Positions 1 through 8,837 of a stretch of DNA of 64,000 nucleotides are shown piece after piece. Below the pieces are notes generated by a model that saw only the letters and a program-made list of their open reading frames with translations, did not search any database and was not told where the DNA came from. This stretch comes from Patescibacteria group bacterium. Lineage in GTDB: Bacteria > Patescibacteriota > Minisyncoccia > CAIUEV01 > JAHKAQ01. The position numbers and the translations under genes were made by a program. The DNA is taken from positions 370 to 64,369 of the forward strand of contig JAYEHH010000032.1 of the NCBI GenBank assembly GCA_034716235.1. The letters run 5' to 3'. Position 1 is the stretch's first letter. Each line of letters begins with the position of its first letter.

Positions 1-910
1 GTGTACTTGCCATCGCCTCCGGAATAGGTGCTCCATGAAACATACTGGCAAATCCTTCTTTAATGGCATCATAAGGTAATATGAACCAAGTAGCTCTACC
101 CACTACAGCGGCTACAGTAGTATAGATGATAGCTTTTAATCCATAAGGAATTAAATAAACTGAACCAATTAAAGCTCCAGCTGATCCAGCTACTAAATAT
201 CTGCGATATTCTGTTTTTTTCTCAAATACTCTAATGTCCCAAATATCAGCTTCTAGATCTTGATGAATTTTAGCTAGACTAATAGCTAAATCTTTTTTTA
301 CTTTAGCTAATTTCTTATTAGCTAATTGATAGATAGCTAATCTATTCTTACCTTCTTTAATAGCTTTTTGACTGGTTAGTTTTTGTTGAGCCCCTTCAAA
401 GAAGATAATCAATCCCCAACCTAATAAAGGAGCTTGAAACCAAAATGTAGCTGAAGCAGTAAAATTTAAAAGGACAGCTATAAAACCTAAAACTAAACCC
501 ATTACCATCTTTATATTAGGAGATATTTCTCTCCATTCTTGTAACTGAGCCCTGATCATTCCTTTAAGACCTTGATTCCTTAATTTCTTTTCTTTTTCTT
601 TTCTTAATTTTTCTATTTCATCAAAGATAGTTATTCTAGCTAATAGTTTAATATCATTTTGAATGATTCTTCTATTAGCTCTCTTAAAGTCATTAATCAT
701 TAACTTACGGTATCTATCTAGAGTACCGTAATAGTTTTGTTGAGCTTTAACTAAATATCCTAATCCTTTATCTTTCTTTATGGATTTAAGACCAGTTTTT
801 CTAAGGGTTCCTGTTAAACCAGACTCTGCTTTAAGTTGGGCATCTATGTATTCTGTTCTAGCTTTATTTAATTCTTTGATTCTAGAAGATATTAAAGCAT
901 CGCGTTTCAT
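1..910 (-). CDS. hypothetical membrane protein (N-terminus in window, C-terminus beyond position 1)
   Basis: Minus-strand frame is open from ATG (complement of cat at 908-910) to the window edge. It is missing from the ORF track only because no stop lies in the window. Translation starts MKRDALISSRIKELNKARTEY, with a charged coiled-coil-like N-part followed by hydrophobic stretches (VMGLVLGFIAVLLNF, LLGWGLIIFF, GALIGSVYLIPYGL). No family recognised. Confidence 0.45.
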   Translation of the reverse strand, partial: MKRDALISSRIKELNKARTEYIDAQLKAESGLTGTLRKTGLKSIKKDKGLGYLVKAQQNYYGTLDRYRKLMINDFKRANRRIIQNDIKLLARITIFDEIEKLRKEKEKKLRNQGLKGMIRAQLQEWREISPNIKMVMGLVLGFIAVLLNFTASATFWFQAPLLGWGLIIFFEGAQQKLTSQKAIKEGKNRLAIYQLANKKLAKVKKDLAISLAKIHQDLEADIWDIRVFEKKTEYRRYLVAGSAGALIGSVYLIPYGLKAIIYTTVAAVVGRATWFILPYDAIKEGFASMFHGAPIPEAMAST

Positions 911-936
911 TTTTTTAGTTTTAGTTTTTAGTTATT

Positions 937-958
937 ATTACGTAATAAATTACGTAAT
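937..958. promoter_or_regulatory. two adjacent copies of the 10-bp palindrome ATTACGTAAT, candidate operator
   Basis: attacgtaat occurs at ~937-946 and ~949-958, 27-48 nt upstream of the minus-strand start at 910. The same core (aattacgtaatt) recurs at 54955-54966 and 56015-56026. Confidence 0.25.
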
Positions 959-1062
959 AGATTTAATATATTTAAAACATTGATTGTTTGAATTGTAACA
1001 GAGAAATTAGAAAGTTAAAAGTTTTTAAAGTTTTTAAAGCAACAAGGGTTTCTTTTTTTAAT

Positions 1063-1225
1063 GGTCATTCCCGTCCTGCTTGTCACCCCCGCCCCGTATC
1101 AAGTACGGGATAAACTCCAGCGGGAATCCCGAGCAAATTTAGAAGAAACTATTTTGGCAAAGTTTTGTCTAGACGTACCGGGATTCCCGTTTTCCTGCCT
1201 ACCGGCAGGCAGGCACGGGAATGAC
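1063..1225 (+). repeat. GC-rich MITE-like repeat, copy 1 (terminal inverted repeats gtcattcccgt / acgggaatgac)
   Basis: ~163 bp GC-rich block in an AT-rich spacer. Its ends are inverted repeats (ggtcattcccgtc ... ggcacgggaatgac). It is ~85% identical by eye over ~140 nt to an inverted copy at 41646-41789. ORF-track entries 1061..1279(+) and 41643..41861(-) are translations of the two copies (shared PAPYQVRDKLQR.S.ANLEET). Confidence 0.65.
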
Positions 1226-1234
1226 AGGGAAAAA

Positions 1235-1358
1235 GGCTGGCTGGCTTGTCTCGCCGAAGGCGGATCACCCTTTGGGTGAGATAATTAGCAATGGACAATT
1301 GATAATGGACAGTGGACAATTGATAATGCCAGCCAGAGGCTGGTCACCCTTTGGGTGA
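1235..1358. repeat. mosaic repeat module (GC-rich ggctggctggcttgtctcgccgaaggcggatcaccctttgggtga, AT-rich gacaattgataatg words, second tcaccctttgggtga copy)
   Basis: tcaccctttgggtga is duplicated internally. The first part is the reverse complement of 46317-46361 (tcacccagagggtgatccgccttcggcgagacaagccagccagcc). The AT-rich words recur at ~46252-46300. Confidence 0.6.
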
Positions 1359-1368
1359 AAAATTTCAA

Positions 1369-1932
1369 TTATAATTCCCGCATCATTTTTTTAATTTCTC
1401 GATAATCCGGGATTTCTTGAGCCACTAATTTCCAGAATTTTGGAGAATGATTCAGCTCTTTTAAATGACAAAGTTCATGCACAACCAAATAATCTAAATA
1501 TTTTTGAGGTAAATAAACCACTCGCCAATTAAAATTTAAGTTTCCCATAGAAGAGCAACTCCCCCACCTGGAATGTTGATTCCTAATAGAAACTCGATGG
1601 TATTGAAAATGGTAAAATTTATTAAAATATTCTAGTTTTTTGAGGATTAATCTTCGAGCTCGGTTTTTGTTGTTTAAGTAATTGGTTCGGTTACCTTTTT
1701 GTAAAATTCCGGGAGGTTCCTCTTTGACTTGAGTAATTTTTCTTAGAACCCAATCAGCTTTATTTTTGATAAAATTCTCTAAATAACTTATACGAAACAG
1801 AAATGGTAGAGTAGCGATTAATTCGCCTTTTCTATTTATGGACAATCGCATATATTTTACACCTCGTTTGCGTTTTAAAAAATAAGGGATATTTGTTCCT
1901 TTAAGTTTTATCTGCCTTGCTACAATTTTCAT
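1369..1932 (-). CDS. YgjP/DUF45-type (M48-like) metal-dependent hydrolase
   Basis: 187 aa. C-terminal HELCHLKELNHSPKFW (HExxH followed by NHS..FW) is the hallmark of the YgjP/DUF45 zinc hydrolase family. Confidence 0.75.
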   Translation of the reverse strand: MKIVARQIKLKGTNIPYFLKRKRGVKYMRLSINRKGELIATLPFLFRISYLENFIKNKADWVLRKITQVKEEPPGILQKGNRTNYLNNKNRARRLILKKLEYFNKFYHFQYHRVSIRNQHSRWGSCSSMGNLNFNWRVVYLPQKYLDYLVVHELCHLKELNHSPKFWKLVAQEIPDYREIKKMMREL

Positions 1933-1989
1933 TTATGAAAACGAAACTATTTAAATTACCAGCTCCTTTTATTTTGATCATCCAAAAAT

Positions 1990-2853
1990 TTATTGATTGT
2001 GCGCCATTTGCTCAATTTTTTGCTTAACAGCTTTAATTATATAATCCGGGGTGGAAGCTCCAGCGCTAATTCCAATAATATCGTTTGGTTTGATTTGTTT
2101 ATTATTAATTTCTGCTGGACTATCAATAAAATAAGTTCGCTTATTAATTTTTTTGGCTATTTGATAAAGTCGGGTTGAATTGGCGCTACTAGGTGATCCA
2201 ATTATTATCATTAAATCTACTTCTTTGGCTAATCTAAAAGCTTCTTTTTGACGATGACGAGTAGCGGTGCAAATAGTATCCAATATTTCTACTTTTAGAT
2301 TAGATTTTTTTAGGCATTTTTTAATTTTTTCGTAATCTTCAATATTTTGAGTGGTTTGAGCAATTAACCCAAATTGTTTTTTATTATTAGTACCTGCCTG
2401 TTTTAAAAAGGAATCTAGCTGAGAAAATTTAGAAATAATAATCCCCTGATTATTTATGGCTGCATTAGTAGCTTGGACTTCAACATGATTCTCATCTCCA
2501 AAAATTAGAACTTGCTTGCCTTCTTGAGCAAGTAGTTTGGCTCTCTCAATAATCTTAGAAACTTTTGGACAGGTAGCATCTACTAAGTTTACTTTTTTAA
2601 AATTAGGCAGGGAAAATATTTTAGGATCACAACCATGAGCGGGAATAATTAAAGTACCCCGCTTTATTGTTTTAGGATCGGTAACTTTATTTATTCCCCA
2701 GGATTTTGTTTCTGCGATGACATGGCTATTGTGTACCAAATCTCCCAGAATTTGGATAGGTGGAGTATATTTTTTATGGTTGGACTTAATAAGGTTGTAA
2801 GCTCTCTTTACTCCTGAGCAAAATCCACCGGAGGTGGCTAAAATTATTTTCAT
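1990..2853 (-). CDS. ispH: 4-hydroxy-3-methylbut-2-enyl diphosphate reductase
   Basis: 287 aa. N-terminal GGFCSGVKRA, plus ATCPKV and TICTATRHRQ, gives the three-Cys Fe-S pattern and overall layout of IspH/LytB. Confidence 0.9.
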   Translation of the reverse strand: MKIILATSGGFCSGVKRAYNLIKSNHKKYTPPIQILGDLVHNSHVIAETKSWGINKVTDPKTIKRGTLIIPAHGCDPKIFSLPNFKKVNLVDATCPKVSKIIERAKLLAQEGKQVLIFGDENHVEVQATNAAINNQGIIISKFSQLDSFLKQAGTNNKKQFGLIAQTTQNIEDYEKIKKCLKKSNLKVEILDTICTATRHRQKEAFRLAKEVDLMIIIGSPSSANSTRLYQIAKKINKRTYFIDSPAEINNKQIKPNDIIGISAGASTPDYIIKAVKQKIEQMAHNQ

Positions 2854-3923
2854 TTCTTTCTATCTTTAGTCATGTAATCTGCACTTTCTAGAAAAAAATC
2901 ACGAGTTGTTTTTGAAAGTGTAGATTTCAAGATAATATCTTTAGCTTGTACGGATAAATTATTAGCCAATCCATTACAGTAAGTCAAGGCTCCACTGTCT
3001 TTAGCAATTTTCTTAAAGTCGTTCAGCTTTTTCTTGGTGAGTTCTTTGCTTTCTAGAATAGTTTCAATTTTCTTCTTATCTTTAGGTGAAGCATTTTCTA
3101 GAGTTTTTAAAATAATGACCGTTTTTTTGCCCTCTCTTAAATCGGAACCAGCGTCCTTACCTGTTGTTTTTGAATCACTAAAAATTCCTAGAATATCGTC
3201 TCTAATTTGAAAAGCAGTTCCTAATAACACGGCATATTTGCTTAAAACATTTCTTAATTCTGTCTTTCCGTTACCCAACAAAGCTCCCATAAGTAGTGGA
3301 TATTCAATGGTGTATTGGACCGTTTTGTATTTATATATTTTAATAACATCTTTAATGGTAAGGTTTTTTTTAGTGCTTCCTATTACATCCATAATTTCTC
3401 CAGCTTGAGTGTGATTAAACATTGATTGGAATAAGGAACAGGCCTTCATTGTTGGCCGAGCGTCAAATTTACTGCGGTGTAAAACTTTAACAGCAAAAGA
3501 ATAAGCAATGTTTCCGCAAAGAATAGCCAATGATCGTCCAAGCTCTTCTGATTTTTCAACTTTCATCTTCCAGAAAAATTTTTCGTATTCTTTATGAAGA
3601 GTTAATTTTCCTCTTCGCATTTCATCATTATCAATAATGTCATCATGGATGAGTAAGGCACTATGGATTAATTCCATACTCAAAGAGGCGTCCAATATTT
3701 TTTCAGTTCTTCTTTTTCCAGTGGCCAAATAACCATAATACATCAAAATAGAACGAATTCTCTTCCCACCACGTAAAGTAAAATCAGCCACCATTTCAGT
3801 CGCTTCTTTAAGGGTAGGATCTATTTTACTTGCTTCCCGAATTTCTTCCTTAAAGAATTTCCTTAGCCTTTTATTGATTTCCTTCTCCAACTCTTTCATT
3901 ATTTTTTTAAGTTCCGTGCCCAT
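2850..3923 (-). CDS. polyprenyl (geranylgeranyl-type) diphosphate synthase
   Basis: 357 aa. First and second Asp-rich motifs are present (LIHDDIIDNDEMRRG and FQIRDDILG). There is a 4-nt overlap with ispH. Confidence 0.85.
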   Translation of the reverse strand: MGTELKKIMKELEKEINKRLRKFFKEEIREASKIDPTLKEATEMVADFTLRGGKRIRSILMYYGYLATGKRRTEKILDASLSMELIHSALLIHDDIIDNDEMRRGKLTLHKEYEKFFWKMKVEKSEELGRSLAILCGNIAYSFAVKVLHRSKFDARPTMKACSLFQSMFNHTQAGEIMDVIGSTKKNLTIKDVIKIYKYKTVQYTIEYPLLMGALLGNGKTELRNVLSKYAVLLGTAFQIRDDILGIFSDSKTTGKDAGSDLREGKKTVIILKTLENASPKDKKKIETILESKELTKKKLNDFKKIAKDSGALTYCNGLANNLSVQAKDIILKSTLSKTTRDFFLESADYMTKDRKK

Positions 3924-4107
3924 ATTCGTAAAAGTTATTCTAACTCTATATTATAAAGAATAATTTGAAAAAGTCCACTAAAAAAGCATTAAATTTTTAA
4001 ATTTAGCTACTTGATATTAATTAAAATTTGCCTGAATTCTCTGAGATTGCTATCCTGATTTTAGAACAATGGGATAAAAAGAAGTTAGCAATTTTTAAAG
4101 CAAATTT

Positions 4108-5604
4108 ATGACAATAGAAAAAGTCATAGAGACAGTTAAGCTCAAGAATCAAAATATTGATGAGGATTTTGTGATGAGAGCTTATGAATTTGCTAAAAAA
4201 GCTCATCAGGGGCAAAAAAGAAAAACAGGAGAAGACTACATTCAACATCCTCTAGAAATAGCCTACACCTTGGCCAAACTTGGTTTGGGCTGTAAAACCT
4301 TGGCCAGTGCCCTTCTCCACGATGTACTAGAAGATACAGATTATACTTTAGAACAAATAAAAAAAGAATTTGGTTCAGAGGTGACTTTTATAGTGAAAGG
4401 TCTTACTAAATTAGATGGGATTAAACTTAGAGGTAAAGAAGACGAACATTATTTAGAGAATTTACGCCGAATGTTTTTGGCGATGGGAGCTGATATTAGG
4501 ACAATTATAGTTAAGCTGGTTGATCGTTATCATAATATGCTTACTCTGGACGCTTTATCACCAGATAAACAATATCAAATTGCTAAAGAAACTATGGAAA
4601 TTTATGCTCCTATTGCTAATAGATTAGGAATAGGGGAAATAAAGGGAGCTTTAGAAGATTTGGCTTTTCAATATATGGATCCCAAGAAATATAACGAGGT
4701 TGATAAAATGACCAAAGAAAAATATAAGGAAAGAATGATCCTCATTAATAAAATTATAAAAGAAATTAAAAAAATACTTGGGAAAGAGAAAATAAAGATA
4801 ATTGATATCCATGGACGAGCTAAACATTTATATCGACTTTACCAAAAGCTCAAAAAGCATAACATGGACATTGAAGAAGTTTATGATTTAGTAGCAATTC
4901 GTATTATTGTTCCCGAGATTAAGGATTGTTACGAAACTCTCGGAATAATTCACAAGCATTATCGACCATTAATCAAAAGAATTAAAGATTTTATTTCTTT
5001 ACCAAAACCCAACGGTTATCGATCTCTTCATACTACGGTCTTTACTCTTCAGGGAGATCTGATTGAGATTCAAATAAGGAATCAAGAGATGCATGAAGAA
5101 GCCGAATTTGGGATTGCTGCTCATTGGATTTATTCAGATGAAAAAGTTTTACATAGGTTCTTCCCTGGCCATAGAAAGAAAAGAACAAAAGATTTAAAGA
5201 AACTGAAAAAAGAATTGGCCTGGACCAAACAACTTCAATCATGGCAAGAAGAGGTGGGCTCTGACTCAGAGGAATTTTTTAAAAGTTTAAAAATTGATTT
5301 TCTAGAAAATAGGATTTTTGCTTTTACTCCAGATGGAGACGTTATAGATTTACCCGAAGGAGCAACCCCTATTGATTTCGCTTATGAAGTGCATACAGAG
5401 ATAGGTAACTCGGCCATTGGAGCAAAAGCTGACGATGAAGCGGTACCTTTAAATTACACTATTCAAAATGGTGAAGTAATTAAAATTATAACTCAAAAAG
5501 GAAAAATAACCCCCGATTCCGAATGGTTAGAATTTGTTAGAACTGGTCGTGCTAAAATGAAGATAAGAGAAGTTTTAAGAAAACAGAAACAAGCCGGTTT
5601 CTAA
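4108..5604 (+). CDS. rel: RelA/SpoT homolog, (p)ppGpp hydrolase/synthetase, short form ending after TGS
   Basis: 498 aa. It has an HD hydrolase domain (HQGQKRKTGEDYIQHP, LLHDVLEDT), a synthetase core (YRSLHTTV, IEIQIRNQEMHEEAEFG) and a TGS domain (FTPDGDVIDLPEGATPIDFAYEVHTEIG). No ACT/C-terminal regulatory domain is present. Confidence 0.85.
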   Translation: MTIEKVIETVKLKNQNIDEDFVMRAYEFAKKAHQGQKRKTGEDYIQHPLEIAYTLAKLGLGCKTLASALLHDVLEDTDYTLEQIKKEFGSEVTFIVKGLTKLDGIKLRGKEDEHYLENLRRMFLAMGADIRTIIVKLVDRYHNMLTLDALSPDKQYQIAKETMEIYAPIANRLGIGEIKGALEDLAFQYMDPKKYNEVDKMTKEKYKERMILINKIIKEIKKILGKEKIKIIDIHGRAKHLYRLYQKLKKHNMDIEEVYDLVAIRIIVPEIKDCYETLGIIHKHYRPLIKRIKDFISLPKPNGYRSLHTTVFTLQGDLIEIQIRNQEMHEEAEFGIAAHWIYSDEKVLHRFFPGHRKKRTKDLKKLKKELAWTKQLQSWQEEVGSDSEEFFKSLKIDFLENRIFAFTPDGDVIDLPEGATPIDFAYEVHTEIGNSAIGAKADDEAVPLNYTIQNGEVIKIITQKGKITPDSEWLEFVRTGRAKMKIREVLRKQKQAGF

Positions 5605-5606
5605 TT

Positions 5607-6536
5607 TTAGTCTTTGCTAACTAGCTGGATCAATCTATCCAAATCATTCTCATTATAATATTCTAAAATAACTTTACCTCCTTTTTTACTCGTCCTAATT
5701 TGTACTTTTAGACCCAAAGCGTCAGAAAGAATTTTTTCCCTCTGAGCCATCATTGGATTAGAACCGGTGCTTAATTTTCTTTGATGAGATTTCACGTTTA
5801 CCTTGCTGGTAATATTTTCAACGTCTCTCACCGTTAAATTGTCTCTCACCGTTTTTTTATATAAAGCCAATTGAGCTTCTGGGTCGTCTAGGGCTGAAAG
5901 AATTTTTGCATGCCCCTCCCCTATTTTATTATCAATCAGACCTTGCTGAATTTCTTCGGGAAGTCTCAAAAAACGTAATAAATTAGCGATGCTTGATCGA
6001 CTTCGTTTAATTTTTTGCGAAATGTCCTCTTGAGTTAATTGAAAATCTTTGATTAACCTTTGATACGCCTTCCCCTCCTCAATAGGATTAAGGTTTTCCC
6101 TTTGGATATTTTCTGTTAAAGCTAATTCTAGTTTTGATAATTCATCTACTTCTCTTATTATAGCCGGTATTTCTTTTAACCCGGCCAGCTTAGAAGCTTT
6201 AAATCTGCGTTCACCAGCGATTATTTCATAAATTCCAGCTTCTTTTTTGGCTACAACAATGGGCTGCAGAAGTCCATATTCCTTGATAGATTCCATTAAA
6301 GAATCTAGGGGTTCTTCTTTAAAGTTTTGTCGAGGCTGGTTAATATTGGGGATAATTTTTCTCAATTCAATCAAAATTACTCCATTCTTATTCTCTAGAG
6401 ACGCTGGAGAATCTATTCCATCGGTATTTACAACAGAAATTTCTGTTTCTCCTGTTTCCGATTTTTGGGCGAAATCCTGTTTAATTTTATCAGGGATTAA
6501 AGCGGAGAGCCCTCTACCTAAATTTTCTGATTCCAT
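5607..6536 (-). CDS. parB: chromosome partitioning protein ParB
   Basis: 309 aa. It carries the ParB box IIAGERRFKASKLAGL and an HTH region, and lies adjacent to parA. Confidence 0.9.
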   Translation of the reverse strand: MESENLGRGLSALIPDKIKQDFAQKSETGETEISVVNTDGIDSPASLENKNGVILIELRKIIPNINQPRQNFKEEPLDSLMESIKEYGLLQPIVVAKKEAGIYEIIAGERRFKASKLAGLKEIPAIIREVDELSKLELALTENIQRENLNPIEEGKAYQRLIKDFQLTQEDISQKIKRSRSSIANLLRFLRLPEEIQQGLIDNKIGEGHAKILSALDDPEAQLALYKKTVRDNLTVRDVENITSKVNVKSHQRKLSTGSNPMMAQREKILSDALGLKVQIRTSKKGGKVILEYYNENDLDRLIQLVSKD

Positions 6537-6546
6537 ATTTTTATTT

Positions 6547-7326
6547 TTATATTGTAAAATTATTTTCTTCCATATCCATAATTTCCTTGGCTAAATTATT
6601 ATAAGCTTTAGCACCTTTAGAAAGTTTGGAAAAATTTAAAATAGTTTTTCCAAAGCTAGGTGCTTCAGAAAGCCTAACATTTCTAGGGACAACCGAGTTA
6701 AAAACTTTTCCGGGAAAATTATTTTGGACCTCCTTCACAACTTGACGAGCTAATTTATTCCTTTTGTCATACATGGTTAGTACCGCTCCCATTACTTTTA
6801 GATCAGACTTCAATCCTTTTTTGATAAGACTTATGGTCTCTAGTAACCTGCTTAATCCTTCTAAAGAATAATACTCGCATTGTACGGGGATTATTACTCC
6901 ATCAGAAGCCACCAAACCATTGATGGTAAGTAAATCAAGGCTAGGTGGACTATCAATTATGATATAATCATAATCATTGCGGACAGTCTTTAGTGCATCG
7001 TAAAGACGGTATTCTCGGTTAGAGACATTGGCTAGCTCTATTGAGGCTCCCGATAAATCCACCGAGGAAGGTATTACATCATAGCTGACCGATCCAGTGC
7101 CAATAATTGCCTTCATGGGCGAAAGGTTTCTTATAAGCACATCGTAAACCCCAGATTTTATCTGGTCATTACTAATTCCAACTCCACTGGTAGCATTGGC
7201 CTGTGGATCTAAATCTACTAATAACACTAACCTCCCTTTTTCGGCAAGGTATTGAGATAAATTGACAGCAGTAGTTGTTTTACCAACCCCACCCTTTTGG
7301 TTTACTAGAGAGATTATTTTACCCAT
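6547..7326 (-). CDS. parA: chromosome partitioning ATPase ParA/Soj
   Basis: 259 aa. It has the deviant Walker A NQKGGVGKTTT and the typical ParA length and motifs (DLDPQANAT, IIIDSPPSL). Confidence 0.9.
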   Translation of the reverse strand: MGKIISLVNQKGGVGKTTTAVNLSQYLAEKGRLVLLVDLDPQANATSGVGISNDQIKSGVYDVLIRNLSPMKAIIGTGSVSYDVIPSSVDLSGASIELANVSNREYRLYDALKTVRNDYDYIIIDSPPSLDLLTINGLVASDGVIIPVQCEYYSLEGLSRLLETISLIKKGLKSDLKVMGAVLTMYDKRNKLARQVVKEVQNNFPGKVFNSVVPRNVRLSEAPSFGKTILNFSKLSKGAKAYNNLAKEIMDMEENNFTI

Positions 7327-7439
7327 CTTATCTTTTGTATTTCAATGGCAATATTATCCGTAAAGTGAACTTATTTAAAGATAACATATTTTCATATAAC
7401 AAAAAAGCCTTGAAGATTAAATAAATTAACGGATTTAAT

Positions 7440-8837
7440 TTAAGGAATTAAAATATCTTGGTCCACTTCTCCTTCAAATAGAATTTTCTCTCCCTGAGTA
7501 TTTTTTAAAGTTACTTTAAGATGGGGTGATTTCATTCCAGCCTGTTTTTGAAAATATAATTGGTAGTCAGCTAGATTGACTGACGGAGATAGTTTGTAAG
7601 TAAATGAATAGCTTTTTTTACTGCCTAAGGGGACATAAGCCAGATTTCCGAAAGATATCTTGCCTTTTACTTCTTCAACCACCACATTGTCCTTGGTCAA
7701 CATTGATTCATCAATATAGCCCGTGTCAAAGCCATCGGTATGACTTATTTCAGCACCTTGAGGAGTATAAATTCTTAAATAGCTATGATAATTATCAGTC
7801 ATAAAATCTTTTTTTGTACAAGTGTTGGTATATTGTATTTCTAATTTTACTTGAGGATTAGCTACCTCAGTGGTATCTATATAATAATCTAAAAATCGTT
7901 CCAGACAACGATCGGTTTTTCTGGCTCCCAAGTTTGAATCAACCACCGCTAAATAATCAGTATCTTTAGTGGAAATAATTTCTCCTCCCCAATTATTATC
8001 TAAAACAAAATTTTCTAGCTGGGAATCAAAAAAGAAAAATTGGATGTCCTTTTTATCCAGTAAATCTTTTAATTCGGTTAACATTAAAGCTTGCTCCAAC
8101 TTATTCATCTCCATTAAACGGGCTAAGACTATTTCCATTAAATCTCCCATAATATCTTTTCTTTGATCTTTGGTGGCGCCTCTTTGGTTATATCCCATTT
8201 CAACCTCGTATTCTAGTTTCTCCAAGCAATTATCTTTAGTAAATTCTCCAGCTATCATTGGGAGTTTTACGGAGCCAGTTTTTCCAATAAGATATTCTAA
8301 AACATTGGTTGTGAAACCAATAACTCCATCAATTTTTTCAGTGGGAGTGCTACCTAATTTATAAAATTTAACGGTTTGAGTAGCACTGGTTGGAAAATTG
8401 AATGACCAATTAGAATCTCGTATGCCCCACCCAGAGGCATGTAAATATTTTTTAATAAAATAAGGAGGTTCAATATGTTCTTTTAGATCTCTGTCAAATA
8501 CCGCTGTGTCAAAGGTTTCTCTTTTAACAATCTTTCCTTTATCAATATCTACAACAGCGAAAGAACCAATAAATCCACCGGTGGGTCTTAATTCCATCGA
8601 ATTTTGGAAAAGAAATAAATATTTTTTTGGTGATTCATGCCCACTGAGTTTTTCTATAAAAGCTAGAAAAGTAAGTGGGTTGTCATTATTAAACGAAGGC
8701 TTTATTACCGAATTGGAGCTTCCTTTTGAAACTGGTTCCAAACTTTTTAAGTAATAAACAGTCATGAAAAGTAACACTAGGAATAAAAAAATACCTAACG
8801 AAAATTTTAACCACTTTTTCATTTTAAAATTCTCCAT
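7440..8837 (-). CDS. DUF4012-type membrane-anchored envelope protein
   Basis: 465 aa. It has an N-terminal signal anchor and an ELRPTGGFIGSFAVV motif characteristic of DUF4012. Confidence 0.6.
   Translation of the reverse strand: MENFKMKKWLKFSLGIFLFLVLLFMTVYYLKSLEPVSKGSSNSVIKPSFNNDNPLTFLAFIEKLSGHESPKKYLFLFQNSMELRPTGGFIGSFAVVDIDKGKIVKRETFDTAVFDRDLKEHIEPPYFIKKYLHASGWGIRDSNWSFNFPTSATQTVKFYKLGSTPTEKIDGVIGFTTNVLEYLIGKTGSVKLPMIAGEFTKDNCLEKLEYEVEMGYNQRGATKDQRKDIMGDLMEIVLARLMEMNKLEQALMLTELKDLLDKKDIQFFFFDSQLENFVLDNNWGGEIISTKDTDYLAVVDSNLGARKTDRCLERFLDYYIDTTEVANPQVKLEIQYTNTCTKKDFMTDNYHSYLRIYTPQGAEISHTDGFDTGYIDESMLTKDNVVVEEVKGKISFGNLAYVPLGSKKSYSFTYKLSPSVNLADYQLYFQKQAGMKSPHLKVTLKNTQGEKILFEGEVDQDILIP

Noticed and set aside
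780-983. 67-aa plus-strand ORF.
   Set aside because: It is antisense to the edge-truncated minus-strand membrane protein gene and extends into the palindrome-containing promoter region.
1061-1279. 72-aa ORF, and its look-alike 41643..41861(-), sharing PAPYQVRDKLQR.S.ANLEET.
   Set aside because: The similarity arises because both are translations of the two copies of the GC-rich MITE-like repeat. The frames run through palindromic repeat modules, and the nucleotide identity is no lower than the protein identity.
4021-4248. 75-aa minus-strand ORF overlapping the rel start.
   Set aside because: It is low-complexity and Phe/Leu/Ile-rich, which is typical of an antisense AT-rich frame. It also overlaps a well-supported gene.
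6247-6594. 115-aa plus-strand ORF, and similar long shadow ORFs (9911..10258, 16020..16391, 33459..33857, 49555..49911, 53713..53994).
   Set aside because: All are antisense to strongly supported genes, lack motifs, and have the skewed composition of shadow frames.
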